Shown piece by piece: positions 8,919 to 18,487 of a DNA stretch of 48,253 nucleotides. Position 1 is the first letter of the stretch. Every line of letters begins with the position of its first letter. Under the pieces are notes generated by a model, which was not told the DNA's origin, ran no database searches, and saw only the letters and a program-made list of their open reading frames with translations. A program made the translations under genes and the position numbers. This DNA comes from Minisyncoccota bacterium (GTDB lineage: Bacteria; Patescibacteriota; Minisyncoccia; Phycocordibacterales; UBA9973): contig DATDWM010000021.1 of the NCBI GenBank assembly GCA_036517375.1, positions 1 to 48,253 on the forward strand, read 5' to 3'.

Positions 8919-9872
8919 ATGCAGGAATTTCCTACAGAAAATAATCTTCCACCTAGTCTTGGATATATAGAACTCAATGCTCCAGCTCCCGAGAAGTCAA
9001 AGAAAAATATTTTCTATGTATTAGGGGCGGCTTTAGTGCTTGTAATTTTTTATTTTTTTGTGTTGTCAGCTCCTGGTTCTTTCCCGGTTGGTGTTATTTT
9101 AAACATATCAGAGGGTTCAAATTTAAGAAATGTTTCTTTAAAATTACAAAATGAAAATATTATAAGGTCGCGGCTTGTTTTTGAAGCCTTTATAATATTG
9201 TACGGTGGAGAAAAACACATCATACCGGCGGACTATTTATTTGAAAATAAGACTCCGGTTTGGGAAGTAGCGAGACGTATTTCGAAAGGGGATCGGCATC
9301 TAGCGCCAGTGGCGGTGACTGTACCGGAAGGATTTAATGTAGAAGATATCGCAAACACTTTTGTATCCAAGTTGTCTACCTTCAATAAGGAAAAATTCCT
9401 ACTGACCGCTAGAGCCAAGGAAGGATACCTTTTTCCAGACACTTACTTTTTCTTCACGACTGACAACGAAGACGATGCCCTCAGGCTTATGAATGTAAAT
9501 TTTGAAAAAAAGGTGGGACCTCTTCGCCCTTCTATGGTAAGTGTGAATAAAACAGAGAAGGAAATCATTAATATGGCGTCTATCGTTGAGCGTGAAGCCA
9601 AGGGGGACAAAGATCGCGGGCTTATTTCCGGAATTTTGTGGCGCAGGCTCGCTATCGGCATGCCGCTTCAGGTAGATGCCGCTCCGGAGACTTACCAGGC
9701 AAAGGGTTTACCTAAAAATCCAATTTGTAACCCGGGACTTGATTCCATCAAGGCCGCTATTACCCCCGTGAAGTCTGATTATTTGTACTATTTGCATGAC
9801 AAACAGGGGGAAATTCATTATGCTAAAAGTTATGCTGAGCACCAGACAAATATAAATAAATATTTACGTTAA
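8919..9872 (+). CDS. mltG: Endolytic murein transglycosylase MltG (YceG-like)
   Basis: Single N-terminal TM helix. Contains ASIVEREA, LQVDAA and GLPKNPICNPG...YLYYL motifs of the YceG family. Confidence 0.8.
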   Translation: MQEFPTENNLPPSLGYIELNAPAPEKSKKNIFYVLGAALVLVIFYFFVLSAPGSFPVGVILNISEGSNLRNVSLKLQNENIIRSRLVFEAFIILYGGEKHIIPADYLFENKTPVWEVARRISKGDRHLAPVAVTVPEGFNVEDIANTFVSKLSTFNKEKFLLTARAKEGYLFPDTYFFFTTDNEDDALRLMNVNFEKKVGPLRPSMVSVNKTEKEIINMASIVEREAKGDKDRGLISGILWRRLAIGMPLQVDAAPETYQAKGLPKNPICNPGLDSIKAAITPVKSDYLYYLHDKQGEIHYAKSYAEHQTNINKYLR

Positions 9873-9874
9873 AA

Positions 9875-10429
9875 GTGCCAAGCATGATTTTGATAAATCA
9901 CATGAGGAAACACAACTTAGCATTTATCGACATAGAAACAACAGGGCTTAATGTGCTAGTGCATGAGATTATTGAAATTGGCTGCGTAATAACAACGCCT
10001 GAATTTAAAGTCATAGAAGAATTTGAATTAAAAATAAAGCCGGAGCGTATAGAGGATGCGGATAAAGTGGCACTCAAGGTAAATGGCTATGATCCAGCTA
10101 ACTGGGAATCAGCTTATACTTTAAAGCAGGCGATGGAAATTTTCTCCACTAAAGTTAAGGATTGTATCATGGTGGGGCAAAATGTGGCTTTTGACTCAGG
10201 ATTTTTGGAACATGCATTTGCGGAGACGAAAATTGCCAACAGTATGCACTATCACAAGCTCGACACCATCTCTATTGCTTGGGCCAAGTTTCATCGGAGC
10301 CCAGACCTAGAACATTTTTCACTACGGGAAATGTGTGTGCGTTTCGGGATAAAAAATGAACGGGCGCATACCGCGCTTTCAGATGCGCGAGCAACCTTCG
10401 AGCTTTACAAGAAGCTCCTGGAATTGTAA
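9875..10429 (+). CDS. DEDDh 3'-5' exonuclease (DnaQ/epsilon-like)
   Basis: ExoI FIDIETTGL, ExoII GQNVAFDSGFL, ExoIII HTALSDARAT. The true start may be ATG 9887 or 9902. Confidence 0.8.
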   Translation: MPSMILINHMRKHNLAFIDIETTGLNVLVHEIIEIGCVITTPEFKVIEEFELKIKPERIEDADKVALKVNGYDPANWESAYTLKQAMEIFSTKVKDCIMVGQNVAFDSGFLEHAFAETKIANSMHYHKLDTISIAWAKFHRSPDLEHFSLREMCVRFGIKNERAHTALSDARATFELYKKLLEL

Positions 10430-10439
10430 TGTTTGTCTT

Positions 10440-11615
10440 ATGAGGAACGCCAAAAGTTCTGAGCAAAGTCGAAGGGTAGTATTTGTTGGACTCTCAGGAG
10501 GAGTAGACTCTGCTGTTTCTGCCGCTCTGCTTTTAAAGCAGGGATTTGAAGTCGTGGGAGTTTTTATTAAAACTTGGCATCCAGACTTCTTAGAATGCAA
10601 CGAAGAGGAGGAGCGTCGGGATGCCATGCGCGTAGCAGCGTATTTGGACATTCCATTTCTAACTTTTGATTTGGAAGATGTTTATAAAAAGGAAGTTGCA
10701 GACTATATGATTCTCCAATATAAAGCCGGCCGGACGCCGAACCCAGATGTAATGTGCAACAAATATGTAAAGTTTGGCGCTTTTTTGAAGCGAGCTTTAG
10801 CTATGGGTGCAGACTTTGTGGCTACGGGGCATTATGCGGGAATTCCTCCCCTCCTTGATAAGGAGGGGTTCCGGGGTGGTAATTCAAAAAAGAACCACCT
10901 CGCCCAAATAAATTTGGGCACTCCTCCTCCGAAAGGAGGAGAGGGTTTTAAGTTGTATAAAAGTATTGACTCCAGTAAAGATCAAAGTTATTTCCTCTGG
11001 ACACTCAAGCAGGAACAACTTTCAAAAATACTTTTCCCCGTGGGAGGTTTACTAAAGTCAGATGTCCGCAAACTCGGAAAGAAATTTAATTTACCTGTAG
11101 CAGAAAAGAAAGATAGCCAAGGCATATGTTTCTTGGGTGCGGTGGACCTAAAGGAGTTTTTGAAACACTATATTAAAGAAAAGAAAGGAAAAGTACTGAA
11201 TATAAAAGGTGAAGTTATAGGACATCACAATGGTGTGGTATTTTCCACTTTAGGTGAGAGGCATGGATTTACGATAACAAAAAAAGGTCCCAACGATGGA
11301 CCGTATTACATAGTTGGAAAGGATGTAAAGAAAAATATTTTAACAGTTTCGCAGAAGGTAAATTTTCCTAGGCAAGACCTAGGGAAGAATGAATACAAGT
11401 TAGAAAACACAAATTGGATTTCGGAAATTCCTAATGAAACCAAAGATTACACTGCGCAAATTCGTTATCATGGAGAACTTTTGGACTGCAAAATTAAAAT
11501 CATTGGCAAGACAAAAGTAGAAATAATTTTTGAAAAACCGGTACTTGTGGCTTCCGGCCAGTCGGTAGTACTCTACGATGGGGATGTTTGCCTAGGTGGG
11601 GGAGTTATTATATAA
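10440..11615 (+). CDS. mnmA: tRNA 2-thiouridine(34) synthase MnmA, carrying an extra ~28-aa insert
   Basis: PP-loop GLSGGVDSAV, plus ATGHY and KDQSYFLW motifs. Start moved to ATG 10440, because the ORF-track start at 10356 overlaps the exonuclease gene. Confidence 0.88.
   Translation: MRNAKSSEQSRRVVFVGLSGGVDSAVSAALLLKQGFEVVGVFIKTWHPDFLECNEEEERRDAMRVAAYLDIPFLTFDLEDVYKKEVADYMILQYKAGRTPNPDVMCNKYVKFGAFLKRALAMGADFVATGHYAGIPPLLDKEGFRGGNSKKNHLAQINLGTPPPKGGEGFKLYKSIDSSKDQSYFLWTLKQEQLSKILFPVGGLLKSDVRKLGKKFNLPVAEKKDSQGICFLGAVDLKEFLKHYIKEKKGKVLNIKGEVIGHHNGVVFSTLGERHGFTITKKGPNDGPYYIVGKDVKKNILTVSQKVNFPRQDLGKNEYKLENTNWISEIPNETKDYTAQIRYHGELLDCKIKIIGKTKVEIIFEKPVLVASGQSVVLYDGDVCLGGGVII
10848..10941. repeat. 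Block of four consecutive hairpins, in frame inside mnmA
   Basis: Four hairpins: CCCCTCCTT-GAT-AAGGAGGGG (10848-10868); GGTGGT...ACCACC (10875-10899); GCCCAAA-TAAA-TTTGGGC (10902-10919); CTCCTCC-GAAA-GGAGGAG (10924-10941). Confidence 0.75.
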
Positions 11616-11622
11616 TGTTCCA

Positions 11623-12093
11623 ATGCCTCAATTTTTTATAGAAAACAGCGATGTTATTTTAAAATTATTAGTAGCGGTAGGACTCGGTATGCTCATTGGT
11701 GCAGAGCGTCTGCTTGTTCACAAAGAGGCAGGAATGAAAACACATGCGCTAGTATCTCTAGGTGCTGCTGTCTTTATGGTTATTTCTGAAGCTATGACTT
11801 TAAAATATATGAATCTTCCTGGTCTTAACCCTACGATGATGGTGTCTCAGATAATAGTAGGTATTGGATTCTTGGGCGCTGGATCAATAATTTTCCATAG
11901 TAACAAACTTCTAGGCCTCACAACTGCAGGTGGACTCTGGGTAACGGCCGGCATCGGTATGGCGGCAGGGTTTGGACTTTTTGGCTTAGCGACTATTATT
12001 ACCATACTCGTACTATTTATATTAGTTGTATTTAATTTGTTTGAAAAGCCGATTAGGAAAATTTCTGCTGACATAGATTCGACCCCACATTAG
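11623..12093 (+). CDS. MgtC/SapB-family membrane protein
   Basis: LGMLIGAERLLVHKEAGMKTHALVSLGAAVF is typical of MgtC. TATAAT (11611-11616) lies 6 nt before ATG 11623. Confidence 0.7.
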   Translation: MPQFFIENSDVILKLLVAVGLGMLIGAERLLVHKEAGMKTHALVSLGAAVFMVISEAMTLKYMNLPGLNPTMMVSQIIVGIGFLGAGSIIFHSNKLLGLTTAGGLWVTAGIGMAAGFGLFGLATIITILVLFILVVFNLFEKPIRKISADIDSTPH

Positions 12094-12107
12094 TTTAAAT
12101 TAAGAAA

Positions 12108-13847
12108 ATGCAATCAAGTGAAATTAGGGAAAGGTTTTTAAAATTTTTTGAGGCAAGAGGACATAAAATAATTCCTTCAAGTTCACTCGTGCCAGAGAAT
12201 GACCCATCGGTTTTATTTAATACAGCAGGGATGCAGCCCTTAATGCCGTATCTTTTAGGAAAAGAACATCCGAAAGGCACTCGTTTGGTAAATTATCAAA
12301 AATGTTTACGGACGGTTGATTTTGATGAAATAGGAGATAACACCCATAATACATTTTTTGAAATGCTAGGTAATTGGTCCCTGGGGGACTATTTTAAAGA
12401 AGATGCCATAAAGTGGAGTTATGAATTTCTAACTTCTAAAGAGGAAGGCTTAGGTCTAGATAAAAATCGTCTCTATATTACTGTTTTTGGAGGAAGTGAT
12501 GCAGTTCCTAAGGATGAAGAATCGGTAGAAATCTGGAAGTCTTTAGGTGTACCTGAACATAGAATTTATTTTAAAAGTTCTAAGTCTAACTGGTGGAGTG
12601 CAGGACCCACGTCACCCGCAGGACCTTCTACAGAAATGTTTTATGATCTTGCTGGGAAACTTGGAGATGTGAATCAAGAAGGATTTGAAAAAGCAGAAGA
12701 TGCGCAGGAAGTCGTTGAGATTTGGAACGATGTTTTCATGGTGTATCGTCAGGAAAATGGACAGATAGCTGGAGAACTTCCAAAAAGAAGTGTTGATACA
12801 GGTGCAGGATTAGAACGGGTGACGATGGTGGTTCAAGGTAAAGAAAGTATCTATGAAACAGATATCTTTATGCCGGCTATGGAGATGATACAAGAAAGTT
12901 GTGAGAAATATGATGAAAGATCGGCCAGGATTATTGCTGACCATTTGAGAAGTGCAGCTTTTTTAATATCAGATGGAGTTGTTCCTGGAAACAAGGATCA
13001 GGGTTACGTTCTACGAAGGCTTATTCGAAAGGCAGTTTTTAAAATGCAAATTATTGAAAGTTACACAGTCTTACCCGTTAATATTCTGAAGCATTTTATT
13101 GATAAGTATTCCAAAATTTACCCTAAGCTAGGACAAATTAATATAAAATCTATTTTTCAAATAGAAGAAGAAAAATTTAAAAATACTTTAAAGGGCGGAT
13201 TAAAAGAATTCGAAAAAGGTATTGATCCCTTTGTTCTTTTTACTACATATGGATTTCCGATAGAACTTACTATGGAGTTGGCAAAAGAAAAAGGCATGTC
13301 CGTAGACATAGAGAATTTTAATAAAAAAATGATGGAACACCAGAAACTATCCCAGACTTCGTCTGCTGGCATGTTCAAAGGTGGCCTGGCGAATCATAAC
13401 GAAAAAACAATAAAGTTGCATACTGCGCACCACTTGCTCCTAGCGGCCCTACAGGCCGTTGTGAGCCCCGAAATTAAACAGCGTGGCAGTAATATAACTG
13501 AAGAGCGCCTGCGTATCGATTTTTCTTTTGAACGTAAACTCACCGATGAAGAAAAGAAGAAAGTGGAGGATTGGGTAAATGAAAAAATCCAAATGAGGCT
13601 CAATGTTGTTCGCCGAGAAATGCCGCTTTTAGAAGCAGAGAAGATTGGCGCGGAGATGGAATTCGGGGCCAAGTATCCAGAAGTTGTTTCCGTTTATTTT
13701 ATTGAAGACAAAGATGGTAATCCAATTTCTAAGGAATTCTGTGGTGGGCCACATGTAACCAACGTAAGTGAACTGGGAACTTTCAAGATTCAAAAAGAAG
13801 AAGCTGTTTCTGCAGGTGTCAGGCGCATAAAAGGCATACTACTATAA
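12108..13847 (+). CDS. alaS: Alanine--tRNA ligase, short form (579 aa)
   Basis: N-terminal FLKFFEARGH...PSSSLVP...DPSVLFNTAGM. Also has the editing-type HxxxH (HTAHHLL) and CGGPHV motifs. No C-Ala domain. Confidence 0.88.
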   Translation: MQSSEIRERFLKFFEARGHKIIPSSSLVPENDPSVLFNTAGMQPLMPYLLGKEHPKGTRLVNYQKCLRTVDFDEIGDNTHNTFFEMLGNWSLGDYFKEDAIKWSYEFLTSKEEGLGLDKNRLYITVFGGSDAVPKDEESVEIWKSLGVPEHRIYFKSSKSNWWSAGPTSPAGPSTEMFYDLAGKLGDVNQEGFEKAEDAQEVVEIWNDVFMVYRQENGQIAGELPKRSVDTGAGLERVTMVVQGKESIYETDIFMPAMEMIQESCEKYDERSARIIADHLRSAAFLISDGVVPGNKDQGYVLRRLIRKAVFKMQIIESYTVLPVNILKHFIDKYSKIYPKLGQINIKSIFQIEEEKFKNTLKGGLKEFEKGIDPFVLFTTYGFPIELTMELAKEKGMSVDIENFNKKMMEHQKLSQTSSAGMFKGGLANHNEKTIKLHTAHHLLLAALQAVVSPEIKQRGSNITEERLRIDFSFERKLTDEEKKKVEDWVNEKIQMRLNVVRREMPLLEAEKIGAEMEFGAKYPEVVSVYFIEDKDGNPISKEFCGGPHVTNVSELGTFKIQKEEAVSAGVRRIKGILL

Positions 13848-13848
13848 A

Positions 13849-15363
13849 ATGGAACACTTTAAAATAAATAAAGATAAAGGAAAAGAAGATATTGAAAAAC
13901 AAGCTGATGCTTTAGAGGTAGAACTTAGAAATGTGTTAGTACAATGGAAAGGCGAATATATTCCTGAGGCAAGCTTTAAAGAAAAAGCAGTGGAAGTAGT
14001 CAAAAAAAGCGTTTTATTTTTAGCCGATAGAGCAGTTACACTTTCTGATATATTATTTGAAGCTGGGCTCGTAAATAAAGCACTACCAATACTATCTTTA
14101 ATAGAAGATCTCTTTACATCTATTGGAGAAGTTGAAGAAGAACAAAAGACGGAAGCTTATCTGAGATTAAAACAAAATTTTACTTCTGTTGTTATTAGAA
14201 ATATAAGTCAATTAGATCCAAGCACACTTTCGCCCGCTAATAAATTTAATAGCTTGGTTTTATATGAAATATTGTATGATAACTCATATAGTACTGGAAA
14301 ATCTTTGGTAGGGAAAAAAGTGCTAAGCATTATTCCTGAAGTTATACGTTTAGTAAAAGCCAACCCTGGAGTTGCTAAAGATTTTTTTATAAATCTTCAC
14401 AGATTAAGGAAAATGGCAGGATACCGAGGAGGGATAGAATATGAACTAGAAGATGGACTGATAGAAATTTTAAAATTACTCTCTGAAAGAGATAAAGATG
14501 TAGATGGGGAAACAATAGCTATACTTTTGACTGACGGCAATCTCATTATAAGGGATTCGGGAATGAAAATCTTAAACAAGAAATTAGCCGCTACCGGACT
14601 CGATATTCAGGATTTAAGAACTTGGTGGGCACGTGGGCACCAAGGTGACCCTATTGAATTTATTAAAAATAATATTGAAGCAATTGAAAAACTTGAAGTT
14701 TCTAAACCCGGGATTACTAAATTTTTAAATACCCAGTATGGGGTGCGTGATTTTAGCCGATATCCCCAGGAAGTACTCATAAGAATATACGAGCAGAGAG
14801 AAGAAAAAACAGTCCCTTATGGATTAATAATATTCCCAAAAGATGATTGGAATGGAGCTTTTAATCATAAACAGAAAATTTTTAAAGACTTAGCACAACA
14901 ATTACAACAATTTGGCTATTCTTTAAGGATAATAGAGTGTGAGAGTAAAAGAGATTTAGCTAGAAGGATAATTAAAGTTAATAAGTTATATGGTCAGGCA
15001 AGTTTTGCTATAGTTGGAGGACATGGCACGGAAAATAGCATTGCCTTTGGTAATTTTTATAGTGATAATCTGAATTCAAAACTCTCAAAAGAAGATTTGT
15101 TAGGTAGGGGAGTGGGACGTGGTAGTAAATTCTTTATTCCTAATCCTAGTATTATATTATCGTCCTGTAGTACGGGAAAAAATGAAGGTATAGGTCAGCG
15201 TTTATCTGAAGTATATAATGCTAGAGTTATAGCTCCAGATATCCCCACTAGTATTCATAAGATATCAGTAGTAAAAGATGCGGCAACTGACTCCTTGGTA
15301 TTTGAAGTAGGATATTATAAAAAAGAAAGTGGCCGATCATTTACGGCTGGTAGACCAGAGTAA
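13849..15363 (+). CDS. Hypothetical 504-aa protein with C-terminal His/Cys (clan CD-like) domain
   Basis: FAIVGGHG (hydrophobic block plus H-G), then IILSSCSTG 48 residues later. The pattern resembles caspase/C80-type dyads. The N-terminal half is helical and unrecognised. Confidence 0.4.
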   Translation: MEHFKINKDKGKEDIEKQADALEVELRNVLVQWKGEYIPEASFKEKAVEVVKKSVLFLADRAVTLSDILFEAGLVNKALPILSLIEDLFTSIGEVEEEQKTEAYLRLKQNFTSVVIRNISQLDPSTLSPANKFNSLVLYEILYDNSYSTGKSLVGKKVLSIIPEVIRLVKANPGVAKDFFINLHRLRKMAGYRGGIEYELEDGLIEILKLLSERDKDVDGETIAILLTDGNLIIRDSGMKILNKKLAATGLDIQDLRTWWARGHQGDPIEFIKNNIEAIEKLEVSKPGITKFLNTQYGVRDFSRYPQEVLIRIYEQREEKTVPYGLIIFPKDDWNGAFNHKQKIFKDLAQQLQQFGYSLRIIECESKRDLARRIIKVNKLYGQASFAIVGGHGTENSIAFGNFYSDNLNSKLSKEDLLGRGVGRGSKFFIPNPSIILSSCSTGKNEGIGQRLSEVYNARVIAPDIPTSIHKISVVKDAATDSLVFEVGYYKKESGRSFTAGRPE

Positions 15364-15365
15364 TG

Positions 15366-15374
15366 TGATATAAT
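15366..15374 (+). promoter_or_regulatory. Extended -10 TGaTATAAT, 6 nt before ATG 15381
   Basis: Perfect TGnTATAAT followed by TAAAGT, then ATG. Confidence 0.6.
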
Positions 15375-15380
15375 TAAAGT

Positions 15381-16580
15381 ATGAATATCTTTTCTAAGAT
15401 TTTTCACAAAGTATTTTCTTCTAAAAAAAAGAAAAGCGAATTAGTAATGGTGTTGGATGTTGGTTCTTCCTCCGTAGGAGGCGCTCTTTTTGAAACCAAT
15501 GCCGGCGGAGCCCCAAATATTATTTTATCTATCCGTGAGCCAATAGTACTTGAAGATAAATCTGACTTCGATCGATTTTTATCCCTAACAGTTAAAGCGC
15601 TTGATAGCGTGGTTGATAAAATAAGTAAGGCTGGATTTGGAGCTCCGCACAGGGTCTTCTGTGTTCTTTCTTCACCTTGGTATGCTTCTCAGACGAGGGT
15701 TATTACTTCAGAGAAGGCTGAACCATTTCTATTTACTAAAAAATTAGCAGACGTAGTAATTGCGGATGAGGTAAATATTTTCGATAAAGAATATCTAGCC
15801 AAGTACGCGCACCCCGCGGATAAAGTTCGAACTCTCGAACTCAAAACCATCAAGACTACTCTGAACGGCTATGAAACTTCCAATCCTTATAACCAAAAAA
15901 CAAAGCAGTTTCAAATTAATATTTTTGTCTCTGTGAGTCCGGAACAAGTCTTAGTAAAAATAGAGGAGGCTATAAATAAATCTTTCCACCTGTTAGAGAT
16001 TAAGTTCTCTTCTTTTGTGATGGCGTCTTACGTTGTGGCGCGGGATGTTTTCGCGCATCAGGAGAACTTTCTGCTCATTGATATCGGTGGGGAAGTCACT
16101 GACACTTCAATGGTCAAGGGCAATGTCCTCCGGGAATCCATTTCATTTCCTGCCGGTTCCAACTTTATGATTCGCGGTGTAGCCGCCGGTATGAAGTGCA
16201 CCCTTGAAGAAGCAAGGTCACTCCTTTTTTTATATAAAGACGGGCATGCAGTCGGAGAGGTACAGAAGAATTTGAAGCCTATTGTGGCCGGGCTCAAGCA
16301 AGGATGGCTCCAAATGTTTCAGGAGTCTCTAGCGAATCTCTCAAATGATATATCGATACCTTCCCGCATTTTTTTAGCGATAGATAAAGAATTCTACGAT
16401 TTCTTTACAGATGTCATTAAAACTGAACAGTTTAATCAATACACTTTAACGGATTCGAAGTTTGAAGTTTCGCATTTGGGCACTGAAGCGCTTAACGGAA
16501 TTACAACTTTTCGGGCAGAAATACCACGTGATCCATTCATGATATTGGAAACCATTTACATTAATCGCTTTTTTCATTAA
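15381..16580 (+). CDS. Actin-fold ATPase (FtsA/PilM-like)
   Basis: Phosphate-1 motif MVLDVGSSSVGGA and phosphate-2 motif LLIDIGGEVTD. Size 399 aa. Confidence 0.65.
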   Translation: MNIFSKIFHKVFSSKKKKSELVMVLDVGSSSVGGALFETNAGGAPNIILSIREPIVLEDKSDFDRFLSLTVKALDSVVDKISKAGFGAPHRVFCVLSSPWYASQTRVITSEKAEPFLFTKKLADVVIADEVNIFDKEYLAKYAHPADKVRTLELKTIKTTLNGYETSNPYNQKTKQFQINIFVSVSPEQVLVKIEEAINKSFHLLEIKFSSFVMASYVVARDVFAHQENFLLIDIGGEVTDTSMVKGNVLRESISFPAGSNFMIRGVAAGMKCTLEEARSLLFLYKDGHAVGEVQKNLKPIVAGLKQGWLQMFQESLANLSNDISIPSRIFLAIDKEFYDFFTDVIKTEQFNQYTLTDSKFEVSHLGTEALNGITTFRAEIPRDPFMILETIYINRFFH

Positions 16581-16589
16581 AATTACAAT

Positions 16590-17951
16590 ATGGCCAAAGA
16601 TTTTTTCCAAGACATGATAAAAATGAAGTCGGAACTCCGTAAAGAAATGGAGCAAAAAGAGGCTTCCAAAATGAACGCCCGCGAAGTAAGGGAATTTAAA
16701 GATGCTGGTCGGGAGGTCAGAGAGAATCGAAGTACAAGGCAGGAGGTATTAGAAGAACAGGTTCTACAGCCGGCTACTGCGCATACTAAAGTTTCTAGGA
16801 AAAAAGAAAGTAAAAGAAGGAAACCACGATACTCGCTTTGGCTGGTGGCGGCTGTTTCGGTGGTGTTTCTATTTTTTGCTGTTTCATATTTACTAGCTCG
16901 AGCTTCCATCACCATAAATCCTAAAACAAAAGACGTAGCCTTTAATCAAAATTTAGTCGCCGTGAAGGGAGCTAGCGCGGAGGGCAGCCTATCCTTCGAC
17001 GTGATAGAACTCTCTGGCGAAGAAAATAAAGTTGTTCAAGGTGGGGCGGTTGCGGATACCTTGATTGCCGCCCGAGGTACAGTATTGATTTACAATAGTT
17101 ACAGTACTGCTACTCAAAGGTTAGATATTAATACTAGGCTCGAAGGCTCTAATGGTAAAATGTATAAGACCGAGAAGGCGGTAGTGGTTCCAGGCATGAA
17201 GGGTACTACGCCAGGATCTGTTGAAGTAGGAATCTATGCTGCGGAAGCTGGAGAAGCCTCGAACAGCGAGCCTCTGGATTTTCAAGTCTTTGGTTTCAAA
17301 GGAACTTCCAAGTATTCCAAATTCTACGCTCGTTCCAAGGGAGTTATAACCGGTGGTATCAAGGGTAAGGTAAGTATTATCCCAGAAGCCAAGATGGCTA
17401 TCATAGTTAATGACATGAGGGCCATTCTGGAAGAGAAGCTCCTTGCCAAAGCGACTGGGCTCATTCCTCCTGGCTCGGTGCTCTTTAAGGATTCAATTTT
17501 TCTAAACATTGAAAGTCAGAATTTCGACTTCGCAAGTGGTAGTGAACAAGTTCCAGTAACTGTGAAAGGCACTTTCTATGGCTTCATCCTTGATGAAAAG
17601 GAACTTACAAAAAAAATTACGGAAAGTTCCATGCCCGACTACGATGGTAGCGAGGTATATATTTCAAATCTCGAGAGTCTAAGCTTTACCTTTTTAGAAA
17701 AAACAGGACCATCGATCAATGATGTCCAAAATATTAGTTTTAATTTATCTGGCAATCCGAAGGTAGTATGGCGGTTCGATGTGGATAAACTAATAGGGGA
17801 ATTGGCCGGGGGGAGTAAGAGTAATTTCAATCAAATATTATCTAAATATCCAAACGTAGTCTCTGCAGACGTAGTGCTCACGCCTCTCTGGAGGAGGTCA
17901 TTTCCCGGGGATGAAAAGAACATTCAAGTATTGGTAAATTATCCGGAGTAA
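16590..17951 (+). CDS. Single-pass membrane protein, unknown function
   Basis: Charged N-terminus, one TM helix (YSLWLVAAVSVVFLFFAVSYLLA), and a ~340-aa beta-rich ectodomain. Tightly follows the actin-like gene. Confidence 0.55.
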   Translation: MAKDFFQDMIKMKSELRKEMEQKEASKMNAREVREFKDAGREVRENRSTRQEVLEEQVLQPATAHTKVSRKKESKRRKPRYSLWLVAAVSVVFLFFAVSYLLARASITINPKTKDVAFNQNLVAVKGASAEGSLSFDVIELSGEENKVVQGGAVADTLIAARGTVLIYNSYSTATQRLDINTRLEGSNGKMYKTEKAVVVPGMKGTTPGSVEVGIYAAEAGEASNSEPLDFQVFGFKGTSKYSKFYARSKGVITGGIKGKVSIIPEAKMAIIVNDMRAILEEKLLAKATGLIPPGSVLFKDSIFLNIESQNFDFASGSEQVPVTVKGTFYGFILDEKELTKKITESSMPDYDGSEVYISNLESLSFTFLEKTGPSINDVQNISFNLSGNPKVVWRFDVDKLIGELAGGSKSNFNQILSKYPNVVSADVVLTPLWRRSFPGDEKNIQVLVNYPE

Positions 17952-17966
17952 GTACTAAGTTCCTAC

Positions 17967-17995
17967 TTGACGTTCTCGGCTGTGTTTGTTATATT
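17967..17995 (+). promoter_or_regulatory. Promoter TTGACG-N17-TATATT (with TGt) upstream of infA
   Basis: TTGACG at 17967-17972 and TGtTATATT at 17987-17995, 11 nt before ATG 18007. Confidence 0.55.
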
Positions 17996-18006
17996 TAAAC
18001 CATCAA

Positions 18007-18240
18007 ATGAGTGATTCAAAAAGCGAAAAAGTTTTGACAGCTCGAGGCATTGTCACTGAAGCACTGCCTTCCACTTTATTTAGAGTAAAAATGGACAACA
18101 GTAGCGAAGATGCTAAAGAAATTCTGGCTTATTTAGGAGGCAAGATGCGAATGCATCGTATCAAAGTTTTAATCGGAGATGCAGTGGAAATAGTCCTAGA
18201 CCCCTATGGCGGCAAAGGAAGAATAATAAAGAGGTTGTAA
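18007..18240 (+). CDS. infA: Translation initiation factor IF-1
   Basis: S1-like IF-1 sequence (GIVTEALPSTLFRVKMDN...KMRMHRIKVLIGDAVEIVLDPYG). Start taken at MSDSK. Confidence 0.9.
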   Translation: MSDSKSEKVLTARGIVTEALPSTLFRVKMDNSSEDAKEILAYLGGKMRMHRIKVLIGDAVEIVLDPYGGKGRIIKRL

Positions 18241-18374
18241 TTACTTGTAATTTTTTAATGAATGGTGTATTATATTAACTGCAGTCGAGTCACGGTTTCA
18301 ACAAACAAATAAACATTGAAAAATAAGGGTTCTTCTCTTGTTTTTCGTTTGTCTTTGCATACTTGGGTTTAAAA

Positions 18375-18485
18375 ATGAAAATTAAAACATCAATCAGGAA
18401 AATATGTGATAATTGCAAAATAGTCAAAAGGGCTAGGCATTTACGTGTAATTTGTATAAATCCTAAACATAAACAGAAGCAATAA
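18375..18485 (+). CDS. rpmJ: 50S ribosomal protein L36
   Basis: [36 protein letters not shown] (36 aa). Not in the ORF track because it is shorter than 60 aa. Sits in the canonical infA-rpmJ-rpsM position. Confidence 0.9.
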   Translation: MKIKTSIRKICDNCKIVKRARHLRVICINPKHKQKQ

Positions 18486-18487
18486 TT

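Noticed and set aside
10356-10439. ORF-track N-terminal extension of mnmA
   Set aside because: It overlaps the 3' end of the exonuclease gene in another frame and adds non-homologous residues. The PP-loop domain begins right after ATG 10440.
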